NCBI GenBank assembly: GCA_051532035.1
Contig: JAOPTW010000027.1
Span: 32,001-96,000 of the forward strand
DNA length: 64,000 nt
Source of the DNA: Fibrobacterales bacterium
GTDB lineage: Bacteria > Fibrobacterota > Fibrobacteria > Fibrobacterales > JAOPTW01
Direction of reading: 5' to 3'
The first letter of the stretch is position 1; every line of letters starts with the position of its first letter. The notes under the pieces are model-generated. The model was not told where the DNA came from. It was given only the letters and a program-made list of their open reading frames with translations, and did no database searches. This document shows, piece after piece, positions 41,550 through 50,574 of this stretch. A program made the translations under genes and the position numbers.

Positions 41550-44429
41550 ATGGCAGATTGGCAGATTGGACAGCGTTGGTTAAGTGTAGCAGAGCCCGAA
41601 CTCGGACTCGGAGCCGTAATTGAATTAGCAGGTAAAACAGTAAAACTTGAGTTCCCTGCAGTTAATGAAATCAGAATGTATGTTCAAGAGAATGCTCCAC
41701 TCCGCCGCTATGCACTATCGGTTGGCGATACCATACAAAGCCTTGGTGGACTCACTGAAATTGTCACAGAAATTAAAGAGCAAAACGGCCTTCGTTTCTT
41801 TTTTTGTGATGAACAGATGATACCCGAAACTGAGATCGCCTATTCAGCAACCATTCCAAAAGATGAACTCCTTGATAAAATTCTCCATCTTGAATTTGAT
41901 TCTAACGACGCCTATGAACTCCGCACAAAAGCACATGAAATTAACCGGGAAATTATTGGGTCTCGTACTCGTGGGCTCATCGGCCCCAAAGTAAGCCTGA
42001 TTCCCCACCAGTTTTATATTGCAGACTCATCAGTGACCAAAAACCGCCTTCCTCGAAAACTCCTGGCTGACGAAGTAGGACTTGGAAAAACGATTGAAGC
42101 CGGCCTTATTTACCACCAGCTCAAACTCACGAATCGGGTAACAAAAACATTAATTCTGACGCCTCCATCTCTTAAACACCAATGGATGGTTGAGCTCTAC
42201 AGGCGTTTTAATCAGATGTTTACCATTATTAATGAAGAAGCAGTTGAAGCACTCTGTGGCCCTGATGAAGACACCAACCCATTTGAAAGTGCTCAAGAAA
42301 TTTTATGTGACATCGACTACCTCATTGAGACTCCCGATGTCATGGAGGACCTCCTCAATACAAAGTTTGATCTTCTTATTGTCGATGAAGCACACCATTA
42401 CGAACTCGATTCACCCGATACTGCAGCTCAATATGCGCTCTTAAAAGCCCTGTGTGATCGCACTCCTGGTGTACTGCTCCTTACGGCAACTCCCGAGCAA
42501 CTCAATCCTGTTTCTCACTTTAATCGACTCCAACTCCTCGACCCTCTCAAATACAAAACCTTTGATGAATGGCAAGAGAACCGAAACCACTATGCTGAGC
42601 TTGCACACACCCTTGAAGGACTCTTACAGAGTCATATTGATGGTCACACTATCACCTGGGCTGATCTCTTAGAAGCCTTCCCCGATGACAAGCGTATCAA
42701 TGCCCTTGCCGAGAGTACCGAACACAATTTTAGACCTCAAGATGTCATTCGTCACCTCATCGACACTATGGGTACCGGTGAAGTTATGGTGCGTAATACT
42801 CGTGCAGCGATTGGTGGTTTTCCCGGTCGTGCTGTCCATGGATACTCACTTGATCTTTCTACCGAATACCGTAACGCTGTTGCAAAGTATCAAGCCGTTG
42901 ATACCTCACTCAACTTTGCCATCAACAACTTTATGGCCCTCGACAGTGATGACTTTAAAAAGGGCACCAACCCACTCCCTAAAAAAACAACGCTGAGTCA
43001 GCTCTGGCTAAAAGATGAACGGGTAGTATGGCTTGCTCAATTTCTTGAGACAAACCGAGACAAAAAAATCCTCTGTATCTGTGCCCACAAGCAAACCGTT
43101 CTTGCCCTCAAAGAAGCCCTCGACAGAACCTATAAAACCAAAATCGCACTCTTTTACGAAGAGATGTCTTTGGTAGCTCGTGATCGCGCTGCAGCTTGGT
43201 TCGCCGAAGATGAGGGAGCGCAGCTTCTGATCGCTTCAGAGATTGGCAGTGAAGGACGTAACTTTCAATTTTCACACGACCTCGTACTTTTTGATCTCAT
43301 GCCTGAACCCGGTGTTATTGATCAACGTATTGGAAGACTCGATCGAATCGGTCAAACAGAAACCATCAACATTCATGTCCCTTATGTTGCAGGAACCGCT
43401 CTTGAAGCTCTTTTTACCTGGCACCACAGCGGTCTTAATTCACTGAATTACCCTATTCTTGGTGGTGACGCCCTCTACCACACCTTTTTTGATCAACTCC
43501 ATCACTTTTTGACCAACGGAGTCAATGACTCATTCTCCACTTTTATTGAATCAGTACAGAAAGAGACCGCGTCAGTCAGGCAGACTCTCGAAGAAGGACG
43601 TGATAAACTCCTTGAGCTCAATTCTTTTGACAAAGAGTATACCGAGGCACTCCTTGACTCAATTAAAGAACAAGACGAGAGTGGCAACACTCAAGAATTT
43701 GCTTTTGACGTCCTTTCGCACTTTGGACTCGACATTGAAAAAGCCCCCCACCCATATTCATGGGTCTTTTTACCCAATGCACAGATGAAAATTGATTCCT
43801 TCCCCGGCATCCCCGAAGAAGGACTTACGGTTACCACAAGCCGGGACCAGGCACTCGTCCGTGATGACCTCGCCTATCTCAGTACCGACCACCCGGTAAC
43901 TCTTGCTGCCCTCGACATGACCCTGGGCACTACTGCTGGCCAAGCAGCATTTGTTACTTGGAAACAATCACCCAAAAGTGGACTCTACTTTGAGTTTTCT
44001 TTTACATGGCACGTATCGTCCAGTCCAGAATGGGGTGTACAGCATCTTCTGGTGCCTCAAAACTATCACATGATTTTTGATGTAACCGGTAAGGAGTTCC
44101 CTGCCCTTAACTTTGCTGAGCAACTTATTAACGATGGACAGCCTGCCCTCCTTGAACCGTATATTGAACTTATCGATTCACTGGTACCCAACTTAAAAAA
44201 CCACGCGTATACCTTGTTACAAGAGCGAGTGGAGATACAAAAGGTAGCCATGACCGAAGAGGTTGCCAAAAGCTTTAGTAGTGATCTCGAACGAGTACAA
44301 TTCTTTTGTGAGGGAAGCGCTGTTAAAAAAGAGATCTCCCTTATTAAAAATAAGATTGCGACACTCAGCCAAGCGATTAGCTCGACCGATATTCAATTAG
44401 ATGGTATTCGAATTGTGCTTGCAGAGTAA
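41550..44429 (+). CDS. rapA: RNA polymerase-associated SNF2 ATPase RapA
   Basis: GQRWLSVAEPELGLG, LLADEVGLGKTIEAG, VDEAHH, LLTATPEQ, SEIGSEGRNFQF, QRIGRLDRIGQ. Confidence 0.95.
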   Translation: MADWQIGQRWLSVAEPELGLGAVIELAGKTVKLEFPAVNEIRMYVQENAPLRRYALSVGDTIQSLGGLTEIVTEIKEQNGLRFFFCDEQMIPETEIAYSATIPKDELLDKILHLEFDSNDAYELRTKAHEINREIIGSRTRGLIGPKVSLIPHQFYIADSSVTKNRLPRKLLADEVGLGKTIEAGLIYHQLKLTNRVTKTLILTPPSLKHQWMVELYRRFNQMFTIINEEAVEALCGPDEDTNPFESAQEILCDIDYLIETPDVMEDLLNTKFDLLIVDEAHHYELDSPDTAAQYALLKALCDRTPGVLLLTATPEQLNPVSHFNRLQLLDPLKYKTFDEWQENRNHYAELAHTLEGLLQSHIDGHTITWADLLEAFPDDKRINALAESTEHNFRPQDVIRHLIDTMGTGEVMVRNTRAAIGGFPGRAVHGYSLDLSTEYRNAVAKYQAVDTSLNFAINNFMALDSDDFKKGTNPLPKKTTLSQLWLKDERVVWLAQFLETNRDKKILCICAHKQTVLALKEALDRTYKTKIALFYEEMSLVARDRAAAWFAEDEGAQLLIASEIGSEGRNFQFSHDLVLFDLMPEPGVIDQRIGRLDRIGQTETINIHVPYVAGTALEALFTWHHSGLNSLNYPILGGDALYHTFFDQLHHFLTNGVNDSFSTFIESVQKETASVRQTLEEGRDKLLELNSFDKEYTEALLDSIKEQDESGNTQEFAFDVLSHFGLDIEKAPHPYSWVFLPNAQMKIDSFPGIPEEGLTVTTSRDQALVRDDLAYLSTDHPVTLAALDMTLGTTAGQAAFVTWKQSPKSGLYFEFSFTWHVSSSPEWGVQHLLVPQNYHMIFDVTGKEFPALNFAEQLINDGQPALLEPYIELIDSLVPNLKNHAYTLLQERVEIQKVAMTEEVAKSFSSDLERVQFFCEGSAVKKEISLIKNKIATLSQAISSTDIQLDGIRIVLAE

Positions 44430-44451
44430 GGAGTCTCTCTAAAGAGTTACT

Positions 44452-44997
44452 CTACTTCTCTGCCGGTATTGCAATGCGGAGGCGGTTTGAAAACCATCGC
44501 ATTCGAGAAAAGAAGGTGATATACTCAATGATCACCATAATATTGAGTGCGAAAGCAAGTAACGCCTGAAGCCCATAGAGTTGTTTGGAGGTTTCATGGT
44601 GCTCTTCAATCTCATACGCATCAAGTACGAGATAGGGTGAATCAATATCAGTTACTAAATAACGACCAAGTATCGTTTTTTTGGCAAAGACGCGTACAGC
44701 ATCATGCAAATTTAGTGCAAGTTCAAACTCTTGGGCATTTGAAGGGTCAAGTATGAGATCGAAGACAAGCTCATTGCTAAAACTAAAATAGTACCGATTA
44801 GTAATTTGCTTTTTAATTGTGGTAAGGTGTCCATACACCATGATTGTAGGAGAATTTTCAGCACTGTCGATAATAAAGTAATTAAGCCCCGCATAGCTTA
44901 AGAGGATTGTTACGGTTAAAATCAATAACAAACATCCAATGCGGTTTATTACTTTTCTAAAGGCTCTGCGGAGAATGAATACGTCTGAATGTGCCAT
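44452..44997 (-). CDS. Hypothetical membrane protein
   Basis: Two TM segments; coupled to the upstream GT2. Confidence 0.6.
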   Translation of the reverse strand: MAHSDVFILRRAFRKVINRIGCLLLILTVTILLSYAGLNYFIIDSAENSPTIMVYGHLTTIKKQITNRYYFSFSNELVFDLILDPSNAQEFELALNLHDAVRVFAKKTILGRYLVTDIDSPYLVLDAYEIEEHHETSKQLYGLQALLAFALNIMVIIEYITFFSRMRWFSNRLRIAIPAEK

Positions 44998-45701
44998 TAA
45001 ATACTATCGCGTCCGGTTATAAGCTTCTTGATATAATATCGTATAGGATTACGATATTTCTCTTTTTTCCACGGTCTACTACTATGCGGACGGTGGTATA
45101 CTCTTTGGTTTAGTAGTATATAATTTTTATAGCCAAAACTCCGTGATTTTTTCGATAATTCAACATCAAACCATGATTTTTTTGGACTGAGTTCATTTAT
45201 TGAAAGATCTAACAAAAAAGAATCTGTTATGAGAGTACAGCAAAATGATACTCTTTTATGCGTTTCCACAACGCTTCCCTTTTGTCTTGCTACATACCCA
45301 TACGGATAACAGATCGTATCTTGGTCATCAACGGTCACCGCTCCAATCATCCCTGGGTTATCTAATGTCAGTGCATAATTATAGAGATCCTCTATTGTCG
45401 ATTTTCCAATGCGCACATCTGATTCGATAAAGAGAATCGCTCTCCCCTTTCGCCTCTTTTCAAGCTCTTGTAAAAGGTGCCACTGATTGGGTGATGCGCC
45501 CGCTCCAATCTCTTTTGCTGTCAGTAAAGAAAGAGAGTAGGTACTTGCTGCATGTTTAAGCCATTCACTCGTCTCTCTCTCTGAATGATCATCAAATATG
45601 AGATATTCAATAGCACCTTTATAAGCAACCACTGTTTCAATAGTATCACGCGCTGTATCCAGGGAATCTTTGACGGGGGTGACAATCAATATTGGCAACA
45701 A
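44997..45701 (-). CDS. Glycosyltransferase family 2
   Basis: IVTPVKD, IFDDHS, FIESD, WFDVELS. Confidence 0.85.
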   Translation of the reverse strand: MLPILIVTPVKDSLDTARDTIETVVAYKGAIEYLIFDDHSERETSEWLKHAASTYSLSLLTAKEIGAGASPNQWHLLQELEKRRKGRAILFIESDVRIGKSTIEDLYNYALTLDNPGMIGAVTVDDQDTICYPYGYVARQKGSVVETHKRVSFCCTLITDSFLLDLSINELSPKKSWFDVELSKKSRSFGYKNYILLNQRVYHRPHSSRPWKKEKYRNPIRYYIKKLITGRDSI

Positions 45702-45796
45702 TTGTACTCACTCATGCTTATAATAAGCAATTTAGACAGGAATTCATACACCATTTATAGTATACTTTACACAGAGCGACAACTAAAAATGGGACC

Positions 45797-46816
45797 ATGT
45801 CAGAGTTTAGGCAAAACGTTACAACAGGAGAGTGGGTAATTATTTCCAAGGAGCGTGCGGCACGCCCAGAAGATTTTAAATGCTCCCTCTCGACAGAGCG
45901 CGACTCCCTTTCAGGTTATGATGCTGATTGCCCTTTTTGCAAAGGCAATGAACACAAAGCAACGGAAAAAACTCATCAAATTGGTGATGACCACAACTGG
46001 ACTATTCGAGTGTTTCCCAATAAATTTGCCGCACTCAACACCCAGGCCGACCCCAAAAGAGTGAGCAATGGAATGCACCTCAAAGCTGGTGGCTATGGTA
46101 TTTCAGAGGTGATTGTCGAATCCCCCCTACACAATGCTAATCCAGCTCTCATGTCAGCGTGCCATATTAAAGACATCCTCTCTGCCTATAAAGAGCGCTA
46201 CACAACCATTGCCTCTGACTCAAACATTTCAATGGTCAGTATTTTTAGAAACCATGGGCCTACTGCAGGAGCCTCACTCAACCACCCCCATTCACAAATT
46301 ATCGGGAGCATGGTTTCGACAACAGCCATTAATGAACAGATAAACTATGCACGACGTGCATCAAATACTTGGGGTACTTGTGTCTACTGCGATCTCATCA
46401 CTTTTGAGCTCGAAGAAAAAGAGCGCATTATTGCCGAATCTGACTATTTTATAGCTATTTCTCCCTATGCTTCACGCTCACCATTTGAGACGCGCATCTA
46501 CCCTAAAAGACATCAATCGCAATATAACGAAATTTCGAGTGAAGAGATTGTAGATTTGGCTGCAGTTCTAAAATCAGTCCTTGGCAAGCTTTACGTTTGT
46601 CTTGACAATCCAGATTATAATTATATAATCAGATCTATGACGACAAAAGATGGGGGTGTCCCCTACTATCATTGGTATGTGGTGATAATTCCAAAAATAT
46701 CAACAGTCGCTGGATTTGAAATTGGCAGTGGTATTTATATCAATACAGCCGTACCGGAAATGTGCGCACAGGCACTCCGCGAGGCAAATGAACCGGAGGT
46801 AACCTGTGGAGAATAG
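45797..46816 (+). CDS. galT: Galactose-1-phosphate uridylyltransferase (GalT family)
   Basis: RAARP, CPFC.GNE, FPNKFAAL, FRNHG..AGASLNHPHSQ. Confidence 0.92.
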   Translation: MSEFRQNVTTGEWVIISKERAARPEDFKCSLSTERDSLSGYDADCPFCKGNEHKATEKTHQIGDDHNWTIRVFPNKFAALNTQADPKRVSNGMHLKAGGYGISEVIVESPLHNANPALMSACHIKDILSAYKERYTTIASDSNISMVSIFRNHGPTAGASLNHPHSQIIGSMVSTTAINEQINYARRASNTWGTCVYCDLITFELEEKERIIAESDYFIAISPYASRSPFETRIYPKRHQSQYNEISSEEIVDLAAVLKSVLGKLYVCLDNPDYNYIIRSMTTKDGGVPYYHWYVVIIPKISTVAGFEIGSGIYINTAVPEMCAQALREANEPEVTCGE

Positions 46817-47159
46817 AAGACTCAAACGGAAACATCTCATTTACTATTTGCGAATATTTTTTGCGCACAACCGTGAACTCGTCGGCCATCTTGTGGATAT
46901 TACGACCGAAGGTATCATGGTCATTAGTGAAGAGCCCATAGAAAATAACACGGTCTATGAATTTGTTATGGATCTCCCCGAAGAGATTGCAGGCAAAAAA
47001 GAGATGCATTTTAAAGCCAAATGTGTTTGGGCAACGAATGCATCAAATCCTGATTTCTACGACTCAGGCTATACCTTGGTTGATGCAAGTGAAGAGAATC
47101 TTCTCATCATTAAAACTCTTGTTCAAATTTTTGGTTTTGGTTCCGAAAAAGAGGGGTAA
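46806..47159 (+). CDS. PilZ-domain protein
   Basis: RRLKR and DITTEG c-di-GMP-binding motifs. Confidence 0.88.
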   Translation: MENRRLKRKHLIYYLRIFFAHNRELVGHLVDITTEGIMVISEEPIENNTVYEFVMDLPEEIAGKKEMHFKAKCVWATNASNPDFYDSGYTLVDASEENLLIIKTLVQIFGFGSEKEG

Positions 47160-47193
47160 TACAAAGCCCTCTCTGTGTATCCTCGAAATATGA

Positions 47194-48414
47194 TTGTATC
47201 TTAAGGAACACCACATTCACTGTATAACAGAGCGCATTCTAATGCCTTATCGTGTCATTCCCTTTTTTAACACCGCCCCCTTACTTTTGTATTGTCTCCT
47301 TATGGCATGTTCTACCTCTCAAGAAATTGTGGTTGATCGGCATCCTAATGGAGTTAAAAAAAAGGTCACGATTCTCGAAGGCACCACTATCACCACCATA
47401 AAAACCTTTCACTTTAATGCCCTCCGTGCGACTGAGATAGAGGTGATTAATGGCACCCCTCATGGACGTTTCCAATCCTGGAGATCTGACGGTGTACTTG
47501 ATCAAACGGGAGAGTATACCAGTGGTAAAAAAGAAGGGCTCTGGATTAAATGGTATGGGAAAAACCGTCCATTACAGAAAGCCCACTATGTAGATGGGGT
47601 TAAAAAAGGCCCCTTCAACAAGTACTACCCCTCAGGGGCTCTTTGGATAACGGGCACTTACAAAAATAATCTCCCTCTAGGAGTCCACACCACCTACTAC
47701 AAAAGTGGCTCAGTAAAAAGCACCAATGGATGTTATGAACCTTCGAGCCAAACCTACACTGCATACTTTGAGAGTGGAGCCATACAAGAAAACTACCTCT
47801 GTAATGACTCACTTAAAAACGACCTCTATCGAGTTTATTACAGCAATGGGCACACTCGTATTTCTGGATTTTACAAAAATGGAAAACCCGAGGCAATCTG
47901 GTCATACTACACGGCAACAGGATACATTACTGCTATAGAGAGTTATTACAACAACAAAAAGCATGGGCTTTTTACCCGCTTTTCGCCAACAGGCGACACC
48001 CTTGCCCGGACCTTTTTCCACAAGGGGGCGGGAACCCTTAACACACAATGCCCTCATAACCTCACCCAAGCGTGTAGTGACTCCACTTGGATCGATGGCA
48101 CACTCCACGGAATGATTTCGCACACCGACACAGCCCACCAGGTTCGCTATGTTGAACAGTGGAAAAATGGCGTTAAACTGAATGAGAAAAAATATCGTAA
48201 CGGCACCCTCGTTTTAGAAGGGGGATACCTGAATGATAAACGCGAAGGACCTTGGAGGCTTTTCTATCAAAGTGGAGCCATTAAAGAACGGCTTAATTTT
48301 AAAGAAGACGACTATTTTGGATTGCAGAAATTGTATGACTCAACAGGTACCCTTACCATGAAACGTCACCACTATGGTAAAGGGAAAAAGGTTGTGGTAG
48401 AGATTGTCAAGTAA
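47194..48414 (+). CDS. MORN-variant repeat (YwqK-like) lipoprotein
   Basis: Repeated G.W..YY..G......G.Y..G; lipobox LLMAC; true start probably ~47242. Confidence 0.85.
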   Translation: MYLKEHHIHCITERILMPYRVIPFFNTAPLLLYCLLMACSTSQEIVVDRHPNGVKKKVTILEGTTITTIKTFHFNALRATEIEVINGTPHGRFQSWRSDGVLDQTGEYTSGKKEGLWIKWYGKNRPLQKAHYVDGVKKGPFNKYYPSGALWITGTYKNNLPLGVHTTYYKSGSVKSTNGCYEPSSQTYTAYFESGAIQENYLCNDSLKNDLYRVYYSNGHTRISGFYKNGKPEAIWSYYTATGYITAIESYYNNKKHGLFTRFSPTGDTLARTFFHKGAGTLNTQCPHNLTQACSDSTWIDGTLHGMISHTDTAHQVRYVEQWKNGVKLNEKKYRNGTLVLEGGYLNDKREGPWRLFYQSGAIKERLNFKEDDYFGLQKLYDSTGTLTMKRHHYGKGKKVVVEIVK

Positions 48415-48417
48415 ATA

Positions 48418-49158
48418 CTACTCCTCAACCCACGCTTTATAGTCATTAAAAGCCTGTTTGACCACTGCATTGAGGTCGGTAAACTGTTTCGAGAATGGCG
48501 GATACTTACCACCTGGAATGCCAAGCATATCATGCAGCACCATCACCTGACCATCACACAATTTGCCGGCACCACATCCAATTGTGGGAATAGTAAGTTT
48601 TTCACTAATAAGACCACCGAGTGCATCGGGAATGTGTTCAAGAACAATTGCAATAGCACCCAGCTCTTGTAATTGCAGGGCATCGCTCATCATTTGTTCT
48701 GCTTCACCATCACTCTTGCCCACTTGCTTCAGACTTGTTGCTGTTTGAGGGGTGAGCCCTAAATGACCCACCACATCGATACCTTTTTCAGCAAGGGCTT
48801 TAATCTGCTCAAATTTAGTGCCTTCAATTTTTACCGAATGCGCCCCTGCTGCCACAAGCCTCTTCCCGTTCTCAAGCGCCAACTCAACTGAACTATCTGA
48901 CTGGTAGGGCATATCACTGATTATATGAGTATTACGAGCACCACGAGCAACCGCTGCTGTAGAGAGAATCATCTCCTCCATACCAATATCACGCGTTGAA
49001 CCATGCCCCCACACTACATTTGCTACGGAGTCACCCACCAAAATTGCATCAATCTGCACCTCTTCGAGCAACCGCGCAAAATTAACATCATAAGCCGTCA
49101 GTACAGAAATCTTCTGCCCATTCTTCTTTTGATGAATAAAATCAATTGGCTTCAACAT
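48418..49158 (-). CDS. panB: 3-methyl-2-oxobutanoate hydroxymethyltransferase
   Basis: LTAYD, ILVGDS, SDMPY, VKIEG, GHLGLTPQ, DGQVMVLHD; GGAGG RBS before ATG at 49158. Confidence 0.96.
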   Translation of the reverse strand: MLKPIDFIHQKKNGQKISVLTAYDVNFARLLEEVQIDAILVGDSVANVVWGHGSTRDIGMEEMILSTAAVARGARNTHIISDMPYQSDSSVELALENGKRLVAAGAHSVKIEGTKFEQIKALAEKGIDVVGHLGLTPQTATSLKQVGKSDGEAEQMMSDALQLQELGAIAIVLEHIPDALGGLISEKLTIPTIGCGAGKLCDGQVMVLHDMLGIPGGKYPPFSKQFTDLNAVVKQAFNDYKAWVEE

Positions 49159-49204
49159 ACACACCTCCATTTAACCCCCAAAAAAATAGAAAATTCCCCC
49201 CAAA

Positions 49205-49374
49205 AGCAACGCAGCAACGTCCGCAAAGCGAACAAGCAAAAAGAAAAGCAATGTTTGCCCACGGCAAACAAGCAAAAAAAGCAACGCTTGCCGTAGGCAA
49301 GCAAGCAATTTCAAGTAATGTTTGTCAAAGGCAAACGAACGAGTAACGCAGCAACGTTCGCAAAGCGAACGAGC
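49205..49374. repeat. Array of five short palindromic (REP-like) units, ~34-bp period
   Basis: Units at 49214, 49248, 49281, 49315 and 49351; consensus GYAAY-GYTYGC(C)-NNN-(G)GCRARC-RARC. Confidence 0.85.
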
Positions 49375-49389
49375 AGATAAACAATCCAA

Positions 49390-49495
49390 TTAATCAGCGT
49401 ATAAATGCTCAGATATGAGGCATTTTTTGCGACAGCGTACGCGAGTACGCCGAGTGAAAAATAACGAAGTAGATGAGCGTTTATACGCTGATTAA
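49390..49495. mobile_element. 106-bp MITE-like element with 22-bp terminal inverted repeats
   Basis: TTAATCAGCGTATAAATGCTCA ... TGAGCGTTTATACGCTGATTAA (1 mismatch); internal GCGTAC-GCGA-GTACGC hairpin. Confidence 0.65.
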
Positions 49496-49752
49496 ATTCC
49501 GAGAGAATTTAGGGTGTCGACAATCGACGTAAGTGTCGCGGCAATTTTGGGGTGACTTTCCTCGAAGTTATGCACGGCCTGTTCTACACTTGCCCCAATA
49601 GAGTCATTCTCTGCTTCAGCAGGGTCAAGATGTTTTTGAATATCACCAACCAACACCTCAAGTTGCTCTTTTGATGAGGAATCAAGCTCAGACTGACTGT
49701 CAAGTTCAGTGTTAAGGTCTTGGAGTAGTTCTTTCAAACGATCGGCAGGCAT
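49492..49752 (-). CDS. DUF4404-like small helical protein
   Basis: L..L..EL...L.......L..L..DI...FEESHPKIA......DTLNSLGI; GAGG RBS before ATG at 49752. Confidence 0.85.
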   Translation of the reverse strand: MPADRLKELLQDLNTELDSQSELDSSSKEQLEVLVGDIQKHLDPAEAENDSIGASVEQAVHNFEESHPKIAATLTSIVDTLNSLGI

Positions 49753-49812
49753 AGAGTCCTCAAAGGTAAGTGATATAGATCTATTATACATCATATAGCT
49801 CAGAGTGGCAAG

Positions 49813-50574
49813 TTAAAATGCGCGCACAGTTTTAAGATATTCATAGGACTTCACATGATGCATACTCTCACTATGCAGTGAAAGAAAGGTAAAAAGGAGC
49901 TCTTCGAGCCTCGGGAGATAACGAACGAGTTCCTTGGGGTAGCCACCTTGTCTCTTGTTTGACCCAATGTGACAGATCGCTCTTGCCAACGCCTTTGACT
50001 TCTCTGTCGACTGTTCAGCACAGGCACTGCACACACACCCACCCCGCTCAATAGAGAAATGTGCCGGTTCACTGAGGAGGTGCATACATTCAATACAGTT
50101 CTCAGTATTGATCTCGAATCCATAGATACGAGAGACATGTACTAAGTATCGACACAGTATTAAATATGAACGTTCAACGGTGAGTTCGACTTGCTCGGTC
50201 AAAAAATCTAGGCCTCGACTGAGTAACTCAAAGAGTTCTCCTGCGCCCAATGTTCCGTGATTACATTGCAAGACTATCTCCATCATCACCTGAGCCACCG
50301 CCGAAGAAATCATCTTTTCTGACAGTGTACTGCGCTGGGTAATGACGGCACTCTCTTTAAGAGTATGAAGATCTCTAGAGTCACTGTAATAAACCTCTAA
50401 ATTAAGAGTATTACAAAAGGAGAAGTGCACACCGGTAACACTTTTTTTTCGTTTTGCTCCTTTCGCCACAACCGAAAGAACTCCATACTCGGCCGTTAAC
50501 ACGCGCGCGATAATTGAAGTCTCACGATAAGGAATCCGGTGCAATACCAGTGCAGCTATTTTTTGAAGCGCCAT
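49813..50574 (-). CDS. recO: DNA repair protein RecO
   Basis: ALVLHRIPYRETSII..LT..YG...VVAKGAKR; CxxC...CxxC zinc finger. Confidence 0.92.
   Translation of the reverse strand: MALQKIAALVLHRIPYRETSIIARVLTAEYGVLSVVAKGAKRKKSVTGVHFSFCNTLNLEVYYSDSRDLHTLKESAVITQRSTLSEKMISSAVAQVMMEIVLQCNHGTLGAGELFELLSRGLDFLTEQVELTVERSYLILCRYLVHVSRIYGFEINTENCIECMHLLSEPAHFSIERGGCVCSACAEQSTEKSKALARAICHIGSNKRQGGYPKELVRYLPRLEELLFTFLSLHSESMHHVKSYEYLKTVRAF

Noticed and set aside
41550..44429. SNF2 helicase as an anti-phage defence gene
   Set aside because: N-terminal and motif signatures are those of housekeeping RapA; no methylase or nuclease partners
47194..48414. Toxin-antitoxin system suggested by YwqK-like repeats
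   Set aside because: Generic MORN-variant lipoprotein with no adjacent toxin
49220..49370. c-di-GMP-I riboswitch (GGCAAAC and CGCAAAGC words)
   Set aside because: These words are parts of the repeat hairpins, the P1/P2 architecture is absent, and they lie on the strand opposite panB
49205..49374. CRISPR array interpretation of the repeats
   Set aside because: Inter-unit gaps are only 7-10 nt, the units diverge with covariation, and no cas genes are present
49003..49389. Short ORFs 49003-49296, 49146-49346 and 49171-49389
   Set aside because: Translations of the repeat array; low-complexity, no RBS
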